A stretch of 64,000 bases of DNA from positions 2,170,001 through 2,234,000 of the forward strand of contig NC_092673.1 in the NCBI RefSeq assembly GCF_964355755.1, given 5' to 3'. Under the pieces are notes generated by a model. The model saw only the letters and a program-made list of their open reading frames with translations. It made no database searches and had not been told where the DNA came from. This DNA is from Antedon mediterranea (taxonomy: Eukaryota; Animalia; Echinodermata). The position numbers and the translations under genes are program-made. Shown here piece after piece: positions 60,914 to 64,000 of this stretch. Position 1 is the first letter of the stretch. Each line of letters opens with the position of its first letter.

Positions 60914-63143
60914 GTTATACAAATGAACGATTAAGGATGTATGATTTACTAAGGAGCATGTGGATAGATTAGTCGATAGATGATGTCAACTATACAGGAT
61001 GAAAGATCGCTCAACATCTGCTAACGCATGCGCGATACGTTCTAGCAACACCAACTTTCAAACAAAAATGTAAACAAAATTAAGTCATTATATAACCATA
61101 GTTGGAAGATACCATTAAAATAACTCTTTCTGCTTAATAAAAACATTTATTATAACCGAGAGCACCCAGGTAGTTGAATTTAGAATGCGATGTGAACACG
61201 AATTCACATCGTAAATCTTGGTTCCAACCTAGTCGCGCAACGTAAGCGTAACGCACGCAATCCATCGCTTGTTTTTGGTAAGATTACTTGCGTTGCGCTT
61301 CTTATGTTCAAGTCGCGTGGAACAGTTTTAAAAGAAATCATTAATTTTACAATAAAGAAACATATAAGCAACTATTATCATTAATTGCACTGCATTTGTC
61401 AAATACAAAAAAAACAAATATATTCTAGAAAAAGTTGTGCTTTTACAAACAAAATACTGTGAAACTAAATAAATATTTCTTTAATATTTCTCACACACAA
61501 AGAAAACGTATACTAAAATTTAAATCATACATGTATTTCCTAACAAGGAGATTACGCTGTCTGTAGATACTCCCCTTGGAGTTAAATATCAGTCGGCAAT
61601 TTACGGAAATCTGAGACGACGACGCAAGTACCGTATACATATACACTCTTAATTATTTTGCAGAGGCCTACTCATAATTATGGTATTTTGGTAGGACTTG
61701 TAAAAGCGTTTTTGCGTGGCGATAATTTGTACAATTAATTCAATTTATTTATCTTCTTGTCGGCCCATTTTACGTACTAGACCTACGTACGCGCACTCCA
61801 ATTGTGGCGGTCTTATAATAGACATTATGCGCATGATTAACGAAGTAGTAGTATAGGCCTATTTTGTTGTCTTTGGCAAGGAACTACATCAGCACATTCC
61901 AATCTAACATAGTTAAATAATTTATTTATTATTTTCAATGACCCTTAAATATATGAGGCATAAACAAAAGATAGAAAATCAAAGGTACTTTGCAAAGAGA
62001 CCAAAATACATGCTTAATTAGATTAGGGCAAAAAATAAACAGTGTTTATTATTTTTCATGTTCAAATGTTGTGTGGCGGTCCAAGAAGTGACGTCAATCT
62101 AGACGTCCAACCGACTAATGTTTTAAAGCTATGTTATTTCCGTTGATCTCTAACAGTATTAGTAACATTTAAATGTAACTTTGCATTCCCCAGATAGTAC
62201 ATACTGCCATTTGTTGGCACGTAAATCTGCGTAACGTAAACGTAACAGACTAGGCCGCTAAATCTAGTAATCAAATACACATTCAAATCAGACACAGGGG
62301 TAAGGTAGCCATCTATTTTTCTAGGGTCTACACTAGCTACAACAAACGGATCGGCCATCGTGCTTAAGTTTAACATTTCGACAATTATGAAACCATAGAA
62401 TGGATTGTGGTCATTTTGGCACTAAAAAAAGGGCGTAAAATACTTGCGATATTGACGTTATCGTTATCGTTTAATTGATTACTATTACCTATACGTATTT
62501 GTCTATACGTATTGGTTATGATACAACTCATACATCAAGTGCTGTAAGAGCAGATCAAACATAGTGTCAAAATATTGAACGCAACACGATGGTTCAATTC
62601 AATTCGTCAAGTGTACATTTTACTTATTCGTATCATCGGTGTTGTGTACCATCCATTTCTACAGACTTGTATTGTGGTATTCTAAATATTCCAATGAACG
62701 CTGTGTGATTCATGACAGGGCAAATGATACTATTGTGGCACGTGCGTTCGCTAATTCTTTCGTTCTCCTCTGAATGCTAATAACATAAATAGGCCTATAC
62801 ACATCAAATAGACAGTTATACTGAGACGCTTTTCTGATTGATTTATACTTTACGGTAATTACGCCTTCCTTGCATAATAATTTAATATAATCAGCAGTAA
62901 CTGTTGATACGATAAATAATATTATAGTTTGTACAAAGCAATAATCCTAAATAAAATTAAGTGTTTGAAATGTTCCGAAGTCTCATTTGCACGATGTATA
63001 TTTCATATTTAACTCCAACCTCCATGCTCCAATCAAACTCAATCAATCGTATTCCATGTTAACCGATTACGTCATTAATAATGTTAGCTGTCCGTCTATA
63101 TTAATAATATACAATCAAGAATTAATTACGTGCTGTATATGTT

Positions 63144-64000
63144 CTAATTTTCAAACATCTTTTTTGCTGATTTAAAGTCAATTTTTTGATATTCAACATC
63201 GCTTGTAACATCTTCAACGAATGGAGTTTGTCTTTCGGATGTTACTTCAGGGGGCGGAGGAGGTGGTGGTGGTAGGTTTCCAGCGTCAATGCTATTAGTG
63301 TCTCTAAATGACACAGTTGGTGTTCGTTGAGATGTTGGTGCTGACTGTTTGTTAATGATGACAGGTTGTACGCCACTATAATTAACCGGTCTGGGAGGTC
63401 TTCTTGGTGCCTTTTCTACCGGTGTTGATGGAGGTGTTGGTGGTGGTGGCGGGGGTGGGGGTTGCGCGTTAGTTGTTGCACGTGATAAGCTCTTCAACGG
63501 TTGAATATGTTGTGGTGGTGGTGGAGGAGGCGGTGTATGAGGACTACGCATTTCGATTGGTACTATCCTATCATGAGTACTGAGAGGTTGCATACGTGGC
63601 GCTTCCACAGACAACTCGCCTCTTTCACTTATGAAACATTTCACTAAATTTGGGTTTACGTCATCTGGCAGTGTATACTGTCGACTGTAGCTACGTTGCG
63701 TAAAACCACCTTGATGATTTGCTTCCCTATGGTTAGCTGTCACCGTAACGGTCCTGTCTTTTACTCTAACCTGGATCTCCTGTGGACTATATTGGCTAAG
63801 ATCCATGGTAGCCTGGAAGCTTCGGTTGTCATATTGTACCAAACTCATTTGTGGAAGTTGTTGAGAAGACGTACCCGTGATATATTGCGGGATAGGAGGC
63901 GTCTTTGAACTAGTGACAGTTACTGGTGTGGTGTAATATCCGTGATAGACAGTTTGATCTTGAGATCCTACTGGAGTCACTTGGATATCTCTTTCTCTCG
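63144..64000 (-). CDS. Small heat-shock protein (alpha-crystallin domain) with a long proline-rich C-terminal tail; 5' end outside the window
   Basis: FQATMDLSQYSPQEIQVRVKDRTVTVTANH...SYSRQYTLPDDVNPNLVKCFISERGELSVEAP followed by an IXI-type motif (RIVPIE). The frame stays open to position 64000. Confidence 0.88.
   Translation of the reverse strand, partial: RERDIQVTPVGSQDQTVYHGYYTTPVTVTSSKTPPIPQYITGTSSQQLPQMSLVQYDNRSFQATMDLSQYSPQEIQVRVKDRTVTVTANHREANHQGGFTQRSYSRQYTLPDDVNPNLVKCFISERGELSVEAPRMQPLSTHDRIVPIEMRSPHTPPPPPPPQHIQPLKSLSRATTNAQPPPPPPPPTPPSTPVEKAPRRPPRPVNYSGVQPVIINKQSAPTSQRTPTVSFRDTNSIDAGNLPPPPPPPPEVTSERQTPFVEDVTSDVEYQKIDFKSAKKMFEN

Noticed and set aside
59745-62376. ORFs at 59745, 59936 and 62134 between TTF2 and the sHSP
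   Set aside because: No recognisable homology or splice structure. The region contains decayed MITE fragments.

Overview
AT-rich, intron-containing eukaryotic DNA from an invertebrate animal. The repeat and gene style suggests an echinoderm-like deuterostome, which is inference only. From left to right: QDPR exon 1 (-); a ~7.4-kb foldback-type element with nested palindromes inside the QDPR/KCMF1 divergent promoter region; KCMF1 (+, 7 coding exons, one U12 AT-AC intron); an NLR-type immune receptor (+) with tandem DED-like domains, an array of symmetric 45/48-nt 'EPGTSK' micro-exons, a NACHT domain and eight 195-bp LRR-pair units; a near-identical 3,577-bp tandem duplication giving a NACHT-less LRR ORF and ending in a LINE fragment; DDX56 (-); CHMP7 (-) head-to-head with TTF2 (+); and the 3' part of a proline-rich small heat-shock protein gene (-). 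Many MITEs and SINEs are present, plus two probable P-element excision footprints. The best candidates for new biology are the modular NLR locus, the nested foldback element, the P-type footprints and the unusual sHSP. All exon models were read by eye and are not validated by transcripts.
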